Shown in pieces: positions 49,127-61,272 of a stretch of 64,000 nt of DNA. The notes under the pieces were generated by a model, which saw only the letters and a program-made list of their open reading frames with translations, made no database searches and was not told the DNA's origin. Source of the DNA: Mobula birostris (taxonomy: Eukaryota); NCBI RefSeq assembly GCF_030028105.1, contig NC_092372.1, positions 200,547,898 through 200,611,897 on the forward strand, written 5' to 3'. The translations under genes and the position numbers were made by a program. The number at the start of each line of letters is the position of its first letter. Position 1 is the stretch's first letter.

Positions 49127-49859
49127 CTCGCCCTGACAGTTTATCACCGAAGCCCCATTGAGCTAAAGTCCTCCAACTCTGACTCCAATTTGTCACCTGC
49201 TCTATAAAGCTGCCTTTGTAAATTCTTCCTGCTGGCCTAACTTGCTGATGTCCACGTGCCAGTGCAGTCGTGCCTTCATCAAACTGCTGAAGAAAGAATG
49301 ATGATCTTTTAAATTCTTCCCACTGGTCTAACTCACTGACATCCACGTGCCTGCGCAGTCATGCCTCGATCAAACAGCTGAAGGAAAAAGATGTATATAT
49401 CTATAAATTTATCCAAACAATCATCCACTCAGCTTGTCTTCTCATTTTCAAAAATCCTCACTACTTGTTGTACTTTAAATTGTTACGGTCACATAATTAT
49501 CTCCATGATACTGTATGTGGTGCAGTTTACATGAAACTTAACATAAACATTGGAAAAAAAAAACTCAAATTAACAACTGCAACTAAGTCAATTCAACAAT
49601 ATATTTGGAACATGACAGAATATTATGAAATCACTTGGACCATTCACTCTTTTACTTATCTTTCAGCACTCCCTGTCTACCTGGCTCTGCTTTCAAATTG
49701 TTCTGTATTGTGACTTTCCTTCACACCCTACCTGTTCGAGTTTCACCTTTTGTGGCGATTGCTTCCCCCCCCCCCCATCTGAGACAGGTACTTACTGTTC
49801 CCATTTGAACTTTCCACCCACAACCTTGCTAGTAATAAAATGTCCTGTCTAGTTATGCA

Positions 49860-50382
49860 GTTATATCAATGTCTGGTATGGGATTTGCGGGACATCTGAC
49901 TGCAAGACCCTGCAGTGGATTGTAAGGACTGCTGAGAGAATCATCAGGGTGTCTCGACCCACACTACCCCCACCCCACAATTCAGGACATATACCAGAAG
50001 CTCTGTATTCACAGTGCTCTCAACTCAAGGACCCCTCCCACTGTCCTACAATCTCATTGGCCTCCTACCATCAGGCAGAAGGCAGCCTGGTATAAGAACA
50101 AAGACTGCTAGTCTGGATAACCACTTCTTCCCCAGGCTGTGAGGCTTCTGCTAAGACCCTACTAATATCCAGTACACATTATTTATGGCATTCTATTGTT
50201 GTATATTTAACTATATGCTTTATGTCAACTTGTATATCTACATATCATTTTATTATGTGTTAATATTATTTTATGAGGTAGATATGATATATGTACTGTG
50301 TTTTGCACCTTGGTCCCATAGGAATGTTGTTTTATTTGCTGTATATATGTGTACGGGTGAATGACAATAAACTGGAACTTGA
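49860..50382 (+). mobile_element. Rex-type LINE 3' end
   Basis: TLQWIVRTAERII; LLPSGRR; aataaa followed by gaacttga tail. Confidence 0.75.
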
Positions 50383-50539
50383 GTACATCAAAAAAAAGCT
50401 ATGGTTCACGGGTTGCCTAGGTTAATAAAAATGAAACATTCTATGTCACTTCTTCTGTGGGCTCTCTCAGTCTCAAACACTATCATCAACCGTGATGGGC
50501 AGTCTGAATAATGGGAGCCACAGCCCACACTCCTTTTAA

Positions 50540-53052
50540 ACACAGGCTAATGTGTGAGGCGAGGGAGGAGACTGCTGAGCCTCTGGTGGTGATCTTTGCA
50601 TCATTAATGGGGACAGGAGAGGTTCTAGGGAATTGGAAGGCTGCGGAAGTTGTTCCCTTATTCAAGAAAGGGAGTACAGATAGCCCAGGAAATTATAGAC
50701 CAGTCAGTCTTACTTCAGTGGTTGGTAAGTTGATGGAGAAGATCCTGAGAGGCAGGATTTATGAACATCTGGAGAGACATAATATGATTAGGATTAGTAA
50801 GGGTGTAACTAAGCATACTGATGAAGGTAGAGCAATAGATGTAGCGTATATTGTTTTCAGCAAGGCTTTTGATAAGGTACCTCATGCAAGGCTTATTGAG
50901 AAAGTAAGGAAGCATGGGATCCAAGGGGAACTTGCTTTGTGGATCCAGAATTGGCTTGCCCACAGAAGGAAAAGAGTGGTTGTAGATGGGTTATATACTG
51001 CATGGAGGTAGGTGACCAGTCGTGTGTCTCAGGGATCTGTTCTGGGACCCCTTCACTTCGTGATTTTTATAAATGACCTGGATGAGGAAGTGGAGGGATG
51101 GGTTAGTAAATCTGCTGATGACACAAAGGTTGGGGGTGCTGTGGATAGTATGGAGGGCTGTCAGAGGTTACAGTGGAACATTGATAGGATGCAAAACTGG
51201 GCTGAGAAGTGGCAGATGGAGTTCAACCCAGATAAGTGTGAGGTGATTCATTTTGATAGGTCAAATATGATGGCAGAATATGGTATTACTGGTAAGACTC
51301 TTGGCAGTGTGGAGGACCAGAGGGATCTAGGGGTCCGAGTCCATAGGACACTCAAAGCTGCTGCACAGGTTGACTATGTGGTTAAGAAGGCATACAGTGC
51401 ATTGGCCTTCATCAACCATGGGATTGAGTTTAGGAGCCAAGAGTTAATTTTGCAGCTATATAAGACCACAAGACAAAGGAGCAGAAGTCAGCCATTTGGC
51501 CCATCGAATCTGCTCCACCATTTTATCATGAGCTGATCCATTCTCCTATTTAGTCCCACTGTCCTGCCTTCTCACCATAACCTTTGATGCCCTGGCTACT
51601 CAAATACCTATCAATCTCAGCCTTAAATACACCCAATGACTTGGCCTCCACTGCTGCCCGTGGTAACAAATTCCATAGATTCTCCACTCTCTGACTAAAA
51701 AAATTTCTTCGCATTTCTGTTCTGAATGGGTGCCCTTCAATCCTTAAGTCATGCCTTCTCGTACTACACTCCCCCATCATGGGAAACAACTTTGCTACAT
51801 CCACTCTGTCCATGCCTTTCAACATTCGAAATGTTTCCATGAGGTCTCCCCTCGTTCTTCTAAACTCTAAGGAATACAGTCCAAGAGTGGACAAACGTTC
51901 CTCATATGTTAACCCTCTCATTCCTAGAATCATTCTAGTGAATCTTCTCTGTACCCTCTCCAACATCAGCACATCCTTTCTTAAATAAGGAGACCAAAAC
52001 TGCCCACAGCACTCCAAGTGAGGTCTCACTAGCGCCTTATAGAGCCTCAACATCACATCCCTGCTCTTATACTCTATTCCTCTAGAAATGAATGCCAACA
52101 TTGCATTCGCCGCCTTCACCACCGACTCAACCTGGAGGTTAACTTTAAGGGAATCCTGTACGAGGACTCCCAAGTCCTGTTGCATCTCAGAACTTTGAAT
52201 TCTCTCCCCATTTAAATAATAGTCTGCCCGTTTATTTCTTCTGCCAAAGTGCATAACCATACACTTTCCAACATTGTATTTTATTTGCCACTTCTTTGCC
52301 CATTCTTCCAATCTATCCAAGTCTTTCTGCAGACTCTCTGTTTCCTCAGCACTACTGGCCCCTCCACCTATCTTCGTATCATCAGCAAACTTAGCCACAA
52401 AGCCATCTATTCCATAATCCAAATCGTTGATGTACAATGTAAAAATAAGCAGCCCCAACACGGACCCCTGTGGAATACCACTGGTAACCGGCAGCCAACC
52501 AGAATAGGATCCTGTTCAGACCCCACTTGGAGTACTGTGCTCAGTTCTGGTCGCCTCACTACAGGAAGAATGTGTAAAGCATAGAAAAGGTGCAGAAGAG
52601 ATTTACAAGGATGTTGCCTGGACTGGGAACCATGCCTTATGAGACTAGGTTGAGTGAAATCTGCTTTTCCTCCTCGGAGCGACAGAGGATGAGAGGTGAC
52701 CTGAAAGAGGTGTATAAGATGAAGAGAGGCATTGATCCTGTGGATAGTCCGAGGCTTTTTCACAGGGCTGAAATAGCTAACATGAGAGGGCACAGTTTTA
52801 AGGTGCTTGGAAGTAGGTACAGAGTTGTTAGGGGTATATTTTTTATGCAGAGAGTGTTGAGTGCATGGAATTGACTGCCAGTGATGGTGGTGGAGACAGA
52901 TACGATAGGGTCTTTTAAGAGATTCCTAGACAGGTACATGGAGCTGAGAAATATAAGGGTTATGGGTAACCATTGGTAATTTCTAAAGTAAGTACATGTT
53001 TGGCACAGCATTGTGGGCCAAAGGGCCTGTATTGTGCTGTATGTTTCTATGT
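50540..53052 (+). mobile_element. CR1 ORF2 RT to 3' end, split by an antisense CR1
   Basis: ORFs 50511-51011 (PGNYRPVSLTSVVGK), 51012-51536 (QGSVLGP...SADDTK) and 52590-52874. Confidence 0.92.
51466..52510 (-). mobile_element. Young 5'-truncated CR1 with an uninterrupted 303-aa RT C-terminal ORF (51550-52461)
   Basis: FADDTK, RPHLECCGQFWSP and RGHDLR-type motifs with no stop codons; nested in an older CR1. Confidence 0.92.
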
Positions 53053-53489
53053 TAAACTTCCTTCATTTTCTCACCTCCTGCACCTGTGTTTGTCAACTTC
53101 ACTTCCATCTAAACTCAGTCTGGACTTCTTTCCACTCTGAATCAAGAATAGTATTTACAGCATTGTCTCCATTCTTGGCGTTGATTTTGCTTCTAAACTA
53201 ATCTCACCCAGGATTTATTATTTGAATCAGACTTCCTGCTTTTTTTCACATAACAATTGTTTTTGTGTTCTTTATTTGGCTTGGATCTTCATCCACTATG
53301 GCACAGTTGGAATCCATGTTATGCAGACCTGCTCCTATTCAAGGTGTGCAGTGTGCCTGGTGCCTTCTTGTGACATCAGCCAGTGTTACTCAAGGATCTG
53401 TTTCAAGGTTCACAGTAAATTTATTATCAGAGTACATTGTCTTTATATCAGCAGGAATTGATAGGTTTAGAAAAGATGTCGATTGACAG

Positions 53490-55065
53490 TTTTTCTCTGG
53501 GAATGCATACAGATAGATCTTGGTGGGAGGAGGGGGTGGGTAGGGGATGTGTCAGAAATGGACCCAAGTGAATTTAGACGCAGGTGGAAGTTGGAGGCCA
53601 AGTTGATGAGATTGACGTCTTCAGCACATGAAGCAGCACCATTGCAATTGTCAATGTAGCGCGGGAGGAGTTGGAAGCATTACCAGAGTAGGCTTGGAAC
53701 ATGGACTTTTCTATACAACTAATGAAAAAAATAGGCATAGCTGAGTCTTTTGTGGGTGCCCATGGCTGTCACTCAAGTCTGAGAAAGTGGGAGGAGCCAA
53801 AGGAAAAATGCTGAGGGTGAAGACCAGGTCTGCCAGATGGAGGAGGGGAACTGTATGGTTCTTTTATTGAGAAATAAGTGGAGAGCTTTAAGATCTTATT
53901 GATAGGGGTTAGAAATGTATAGGGACAGGACATTGATGGTGAAAATGCAGTGGTCAGTGCCAGGGAATTGAAAGTTAGTGAGGAGTTCAAGGGCATGAGA
54001 AGTGTCATGGATGTAGGTGGGAAGGAACTGAACCAAGGGGATAGAATGGTGGTGAGATACGAGGACACAAGTTCTGTGCGGTAAGAGCAGGCAGAGACAA
54101 TGGGCCTTCCCGGACAGTCTGATTTATGGATCTTGGGTAGGATGTAGTAGTGAGCAATATGGGGCAAGGGAATTATGAGTCTGGCGAGAGTGCATGGGAG
54201 TTGTTCAGTGATGGTGTTGGAGACGGTTTTCTGATGCTCCAGAGTGGTGTCACCTTCAAGGGGTAGATGTGAGGAAGTGTCTGAAGGTTGTTACCTGGCC
54301 TCAGCAAAGTAGAGATCAGTCTACAACAGCATCCCTTTCGTTTACAGGTTTGATGGTGAGGTTGGGATTGGTGTGGAGAGAGTGGAGGACAATGCTTTCA
54401 GGGGGAATAAGTTTCCAGGGGGATGAGCAGTGCTGAGATCGAGACAGTTGCAGTGTAGTTGTCAATTGAAGATGAAAAGATCCAGCGCAGGCTGAGAACC
54501 AGAGTGGTGTGTCCGAGGAGAGGAGGAGTGATGGAGAGGGAAGATCGGGTCATCAGTACAGGGTATTGAATTCTGGCCAAAGAAGTGGGCTCAAAGTTGG
54601 AGATGATGGAGGAAGAGCTCGACATTGGGGTGTGCATGGAAGTCAGTGAGGTACGGGCAATGGGGGGACAAAGGAAAGGCTCTTGCCGAGGACAGAACGT
54701 TCCACCTCCAAGAGGGGAAGGTCAGGAGGGAATGGTGAATACACGGCAAGGATTAGAGCAGGAAGCAGAGAGGGGTTAGAGTGTTGGTGGCACTGGGGGG
54801 GGGGGGGTGTTGGGGAGCTCAGGGAATGTGGTGTGGGAGGAAGATGGAGTCTCTGGAGACCCAGAAGACCTGGGGTTGGAAAGGGGTGTTGTGGGGAGCG
54901 GGTGTCGCAGGGCCTCAGTGGCAGCAAGTAAAATCTTAGCCTGGAGGTACTGGCGGCCAAGGTCCAGGCTAGAGCCAGAGCTAGAGCCTATGCGATTTGT
55001 TGTCTGAAGGCGTCCAGGCCTCTAGGAACCGGAGTAGGTGGCCGTGAAATCTGAGATCTGTATCC
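53490..55065 (-). mobile_element. Penelope-like element reverse transcriptase remnant
   Basis: ORF 53769-54167 (YILPKIHKSDCPGRPIVSACS..TELVSSYL); FSFGSSHFL followed by AMGT, typical of PLE RT. Confidence 0.88.
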
Positions 55066-55465
55066 ACTTGGGATTGTTGATAGGTTTTTCATTTGTCAGG
55101 GCATCAAAGGTTATGGAGTGAAAGCAGGAGAATGGAACTGAGCAGGATAATATTCAACCATGGACACACTCAACAGGCCGAATGGTCTAATTCTGCTCCT
55201 ATGTCTTATGGTCTTATTTCAAATTTCCAGTGTCAGTTATTTTCCTTGAGTACATTATAGAAGAGCCATAGAAAATTACTGTGGAGAGCAAGCCTAATCA
55301 GGCTACCATATCTATGTGCACTAACACAGACTCTAGGGTAATTCACTTCCATGCTTTTGGTCCCTAACACTGCAGCTAATGGATCTTCAAGTGTTTATCT
55401 TGGTGAAGAAGGTTTGTACTCCTGCTTTATTGCCCAGGGAGTTCCATTGCCCTACTACTTCCTAA

Positions 55466-55727
55466 AGTCTGTAACGAGCCTTATAGGCTCATCAGGCCGG
55501 TGCATATGCCGGTTTCCGTGGCGTGAAGCGACTGAGAGTACGAGATTCTCCACTGGATAGGACGCCAGGTTAAGCCCCAGCAATTTGCCGGTACCCATTT
55601 TCAGCTGTGTGGACTGGAGCAGTGTGTGGTTAAGTGCCTTGCTCAAGGACACAACACGCTGCCTCAGCTGGAACTCATGACCTTCAGATCGCTAGTCCGA
55701 CACCTTAACCACATGGCCACGTGCCAC
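55466..55727 (-). mobile_element. tRNA-derived SINE with CORE-like body and LINE-type tail
   Basis: 12-bp TSD actacttcctaa (55454-55465, 55728-55739); head tggccatgtggttaagg (A-box); gtgtccttgagcaaggcacttaacc...gaaaatgggtacc. Confidence 0.85.
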
Positions 55728-56032
55728 ACTACTTCCTAAGTGAAATGTTACTGTTTTTTTCTCTCAGTTCCCCAATAAACTATAGCTTAAATCTATGTCA
55801 CCTAATTGTTCAACTTTCTGTCTAATGAGTTCTTCGGGCTTGTGCAGGGAGCCAGAAAGCATTGGACTTCAAGGTTTTCAAAGTACCTGAATTGATGCTT
55901 AATGAGAGTCATTAATTGTTTAGAGTTCCTTGTGTTTTTTTTCTTGAGCAACCCTCTCTTTGTAATGCAATCTCCTGATGCTCTGTTTAAACTTGTTAAA
56001 TTTATTTTGATAGGCTTGGGGAGTCCGTGTTA

Positions 56033-57764
56033 CATTGGTGCTAGCAAGTTTGTGAACCCCGTAGAATTTTCTCTTTTTCAGCATAAATATGACATAAAAG
56101 GTGATCAGTTCTTCATGTAAGTCCTAAAACTAGATAAAGAGAACCTAATTAAATAAATAACACAAAACATTATATTTGTTCATTTATTTGTTGAGAAAAA
56201 TGATCCAATATTACATGTATTTGTTGGAAAAGGTATGTGAACCTCTGGAGTAATGCCTTTTACAAAAGCTATTTAGAATCAGGTGTTCCAAGCAAGGAGA
56301 TGAGATTGGAGATGTGAGTTGTAGAGATGCCCTGCCCGATTTAAAAAAAAGACATAAACAGGAGAAAATCTGCAGATGCTGAAAATCCGAACAACACAGA
56401 AATGGTGGAGGAACTCAGCAGGCCAGGCAGCATCTAGGAAAAGAATTCAGTTGACATTTCAGGCCAAAACCCTTCAGCAGGACTAAGACACACAAAGTCA
56501 GGTTACTGACAGAACCTACTCTACTCAAAGAGATCTGCTTATGTGCACCATCCCTTGATCAAAACAACTTTCAGAGGATCTTAGAAGAATTGTAGAGCTG
56601 CATGAAGCTGGAGAAAAACTACAAAAGCATTTCTAAAAGACCTGAGTGTGCATCACTCCACAGTAAGAGAAATTGTCTACAAATGCAGGAAACTCAGTAC
56701 TGTTGCTACTCTTCCTAGGAGTGGGTATCCTTCAAAGATCACACCAAGAACACAAAATGCATTGCTGAAGGAAGTGAAAAGGAACCCAAAGGTAACCGCA
56801 AAAGGCCCGCAGAAATCTTTAGAACTTGCTATTGTCTCTGTTCATGTGCCCACCATAAGAAGAACACTGAACAAGAATGGTGTTCACGGAAGGACACCAT
56901 GGAGGAAACCTCTGCTCTCCAAATAAAACACTGCTGTACATCTAATGTTTGCAAAAGACCACCTGGGTGTTCTACAATGTTTCTGAGATAACATTCTGTG
57001 GACAGGTGGGACAAAAGTTGAGTTTTTGGCAGAAATACACATTGCTATGTTTGGAGGGAAAAGGGCACTTCCACAGCAACACCAAAACCTCATCACAACT
57101 GTGAAACATGGTGGAAGGAGCATCATGGTTTGGGGCTGCCTTGTTGCCTCAGGCCCTGGATAACTTGCAATCATTGAGGGAACAATGAATTCAAAATTGT
57201 ATCAAGACATTTTATAGGAGAATTTCAAGGTAGCAGTCCGGTACCTGAAGCTTAGAAGAAGTTCGATAATGCAACAAGACAATAATCCGAAAGACAAGAG
57301 TAAATCAACAACAGAACGGTTTAAAAAATATAAAATTCGTGTTTCGGAATGGCTAAGTTAAAGTCCTGACCTTAGTCCTGTAGAAATGTTGTGGAAGGAC
57401 CTGAAGCAAGCAGTTCATGCAAGGAAGTCCTACAAGTTGAGGAATGGCCAAAAAATTCCTCCAAACCGATGTACAGGATTAATCAACAGTTACCAGAAAT
57501 GTTTGGTTGAAGTTATTGCTGTGCAAGGCAGTCTCACCAGTTACTGAAGGCAAAGATTTACATACTTTTTCCAACAATACATGTAATATTGGATCAATTT
57601 TCTCAACAAATAAATGAAGTATAGAGATTTTTTATGTTATTTATTTAATTGGGTTCGCTTTATCTAGTTTTTGGACTTACATGAAGGTCTGATCACATTT
57701 TAGCTCATATTTATGGAAAAATAGAGAAAATTCTACAGGGTTCACGAACTTTCTAGTACCACTG
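56033..57764 (+). mobile_element. Tc1 DNA transposon, Frog Prince-like, with about 210-bp TIRs; transposase pseudogene about 56550-57547
   Basis: TA duplication (56031-56032, 57765-57766); long TIRs; STVREIVYK...LPRSG.PSKITPR...RKPLLSK; QQDNNPK...SPDLSPVEMLW with a 34-residue D-E spacing; first catalytic D mutated; stops and frameshifts. Confidence 0.95.
56355..56484 (-). mobile_element. 130-bp PLE-derived hammerhead-headed repeat inserted in Tc1
   Basis: 6-bp TSD aagaca (56349-56354, 56485-56490); minus strand begins AGUC CUGCUGA A GGGU UUUG GCCU GAAA UGUC AACU. Confidence 0.85.
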
Positions 57765-58239
57765 TACATGAATTATTGAGGCAGATGCCCCATTAGTATT
57801 GATCGTAGTCTGCTAGCTTTGAGAATGTTATGCCTTGAGTTGGTGTTCGGCCAAATTTGGAGTTCTTATGAATAAACTCTGGATGCCGTCTCTACATTGG
57901 CATCTGTCTTTTTCTGCACATGGGTTACAATATTGACAGCGTACATCGTGACATTCTGTTAAATTTTAAAAGAGGTCCGTGCTGTTTTATATTTCTAGAT
58001 TTTGTATTCACTGCCTTGGTTAATAAATTATCCCATATGTCGCCGCAGCTATCTCTCCTGATCCCTTTTGGGATTTGAGCACACACACTTATGGTCTCCT
58101 TGCTCCTCTACAATTCTTGAGAAACTACCATGTATCACACCCACTTTTTTCTTGTTTTCCCTCCCCAAATATATTTTGACATGTTTGTGGGGACTGGATT
58201 TTATTTGCAACTTCTGTGCACACCTATCCAGGTCCTAGA

Positions 58240-60225
58240 ACTTTACCAACTATCAATTGCATTGCCTATTATGTAACCATTGATAAAGTTCTATATTTAA
58301 GTCCAAGTCATATCACAAAAAACGAAGGATATGGTCCTGTGCTCTTTGCAGCCCCACTTCATCCTATCATCCAATTACTAAACTTTATACTTTATACTTT
58401 ATTGTTGCCAAACAATTGGTACTAGAACGTACAATCATCACAGCGATATTTGATTCTGTGCTTCACACTCCCTGGATTACAAATATTAAATATTAAAAAT
58501 AGTTAAAATTAGTAAATATTAAAAAATTAAATTATAAATCATAAATAGAAAATAGAAAAATGGGAAGTAAGGTAGTGCAAAAAGACCGAGAGGCAGGTCC
58601 GGATATTTGGAGGATACGGCCCAGATCTGGGTCAGGATCCGTTCAGCAGTCTTCAGCAGTCACAGTTGGAAAGAAGCTGTTCCCAAATCTGGCCGTATGA
58701 GTCTTCAAGCTCCTGAGCCTTCTCCCGGAGGGAAGAAGGACAAAAAATGTGTTGGCTGGGTGGGTCGTGTCCTTGATTATCCTGGCAGCACTGCTCCGAC
58801 AGTGTGCGGTGTAAAGTGAGTCCAAGGATGGAAGATTGGTTTGTGTGATGTGCTGCGCTGTTTTCATGATCTTCTGCAGCTTCTTTCGGTCTTGGACAGG
58901 ACAACTTCCGTACCAGGCTGTGATGCACCCTAAAATAATGCTTTCTACGGTGCATCTATAAAAGTTAGGGAGGGTTTTAGGGGACAGGCCAAATTTCTTT
59001 AGCTTTCTCAAGAAGTAAAGGTGCTGGTGGGCCTTCTCGGCAGTGAACTCTGCTTGGTTGGACCAAGTCAGGTCATTTGTGATATTGACCCCGAGGAACT
59101 TAAAGCTTTTGACCTGTTCCACTTGCGCACCACTGATGTAAATTGGGTCGTGCGGTCCGCTACTCCTTCTGAAGTCAACAACCAATTCCTTCGTCTTGCT
59201 GACATTGACGGATAGGTTATTGTCTTCGCACCATGTCACCAGGTTCTTAATTTCCTCTCTGTACTCAAACTCATCATACGGCCTACAATTGTTGTGTCAT
59301 CAGCAAACTTATATATTGAGTTTGATGGAAACCTGGCTACACAATCATGGGTGTACAGTGAGTACAGCAGGGGGCTGAGTACACAGCCTTGTGGGGCACC
59401 GGTGCTCAGAGTGATTGTAGAGGAGAGCTTGTCCCCTATTTTTACAGCCTGAGTCCTTCCTGTCAATTCTAATCTTTTCAACACCAAGCCAATATTTAAT
59501 CCAATCAATAATTTTTCCATAGATCGTAGGGGCCGTTATATTATTAATCATCCTTGTGGGATTTCAAGTGACTCCTGAAATCCATGTTTATTCTCTAGTT
59601 AACTAAAATAAGGCTTTAGACAGGAGGAGGATATTGAATTTCTGGTCAGTTGGGCAGGAAAGTGACAAATTGAACTTAACCTAAAGAAGAATGAGGTAGT
59701 GCATTAAGTATGGCCCAACAAGGCAAGAAATAGTAGGATATTAAGTAGTGTGGCGGAGGAGGCTAGAGGTCCTTAAAAAGGCACATGGAATACATTCTTT
59801 TATGTCTTAAGGCATATGATATAAGAGAAAATGGGTTATGTTCTAACTGTACACCATACTGGTTTACAATACAACTTGAATACTGTGTACAGTTCTGATC
59901 ATGATACTAAAAGAAGCATGTGATTGCACTGGAGTGGGTGCAAGAATTCATGCAAAGATGTTACCAGCACTAAAATATCGTAAGGTTGGAGAAACAGAAA
60001 AATAATTACACCTAGTGGGTGGAAGCTATTAGGGATCCACTGCCTGATTGAGTAGTAGAGGCAGAAACCTGAACAAGTTTAAACAGTACTTGGACGTTTC
60101 CTTGAAAAGCAATGTGTGCAGGACCTAGTGATGGAAGGTAGGGTATGCGTGTAGCCCTTTTTCTCAACCATCTTGGATATGGCAAATAGAAAAACCTCCT
60201 GCTATGTTATAACCATTCTATGTAC
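58240..60225. mobile_element. Ancient CR1 remnants: minus 58240-58380 and 59464-59600, plus 59610-60225
   Basis: Decayed MDFQ...WI..WL and GP...DLD motifs on the minus strand; EDI..LV.WA.K.Q.E.N and LEYCVQF on the plus strand. Confidence 0.55.
58381..59463 (-). mobile_element. Young Rex-type LINE RT/3' end
   Basis: 198-aa ORF 58643-59239; [20 protein letters not shown]...KFADDTT; (tatact)n tail. Confidence 0.92.
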
Positions 60226-60977
60226 GCAAGGCGTTATATATGTATGCTTCTTTCCTGATTATGCAGTCAGAAAGCAACTCAACTTTGAATTAAAAGCAGC
60301 GACTGTGCGATATTGATGTCTATGCATTAGTGGTACCACACTTAAAAAAAAAATCAGCTCCATCTAAGTATATTGATATTTCTGAATTGTGTGTCCAGGC
60401 CTGGAGATCAGAGAAGTCTTTTCCTGAAGATGATTCCTAGAAACATTTTAGTTCATGAATTGACAGACTAATTGCCCTTTTATTACAAATTCTCCAAAGC
60501 CATATTTTCACTGTGCAAATGTGTTCTGAAGCATCTTTAAAAAAGTTCCTCGTTGTTGGCAAAAGCAGCTGACTTTCACTGCCTGCAATCCATTTATAGC
60601 TAGTTGGATTACTATACTCTCTCTGTTCCAAAAGTACTTTTTGATCATTTTCCAAGTTGTGCAGAATACTACTGGGAAATTTTCTTTACTTTAACTAGAA
60701 GTTCAGTACAAGATTCATAAGCATTTTGAGTTGTGCCAAGATTTAAAATATCTCTGTTCCTGTTTAAGCAAGGAATACGATTAGCTCCTTTTAATCAGAC
60801 AAACCGTATTTGTCTAGACATTTGTTAAGTGTTTTCTTTTCTTTTTGAGGTCTTATGGCATTGTGCGTGGCTGTTAATGCATAGATTTGCATATATAATT
60901 ACTTTTCAGAATTTTAAAGCAATAATTTGTTTGGGAACTTCCCCACTTTCCCTCCTGATCACAAAGTTAGCGGGACA

Positions 60978-61272
60978 GGTAGCATAATGGGCAAGTATCC
61001 AAAGGTCTGGAGCATTGATCTGGAGATATAAATTCAAACTCATGGTAGCCTTAGAATTTAATTTTAAGTCATTAAGCAAATCCGTAATGGCAACTATAAA
61101 ACTGCTGTTGGTAAAATAAAAAAATCTGCCACACTCAGCTCTTAAGGGAAAAGAAATCTTCAGTCTCAACGTAAATATAGTACCCTAAAGACATCCTCAG
61201 TTCAGGAGCAATAAGGAATAGACAATGTATTCTGACATTGCCAATAATACCCACATCCAGTGTAAAAAGAAA
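60978..61272 (+). mobile_element. Ancient SINE with L2-type tail
   Basis: Tail gcaataaggaatagacaatgtattctgacattgccaataatacccacatcc followed by an A-rich end. Confidence 0.5.

Larger units (their letters stand above)
46462..49393 (-). mobile_element. CR1 5' half: 5' UTR, ORF1 (SGNH esterase type), ORF2 endonuclease
   Basis: ORF 47802-48212 (DSIV...VVCLPGARVQDV...VVHIGTNNIG), 47601-47783 (YKKDGLYLN), 47075-47398 (AITETW...GGGVALLIRD...RPPN). Confidence 0.9.

Noticed and set aside
51550-52461. 303-aa intact ORF as a domesticated gene
   Set aside because: It is the 5'-truncated end of a young CR1 with tail, lacking the N-terminal RT motifs; youth explains the open frame.
55466-55520. CUGAUGA followed by a stem in the SINE tail (minus strand), hammerhead-like
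   Set aside because: No GAAA follows stem II, and only one stem lies between the upstream GAAA and CUGAUGA; the three-way junction cannot form.
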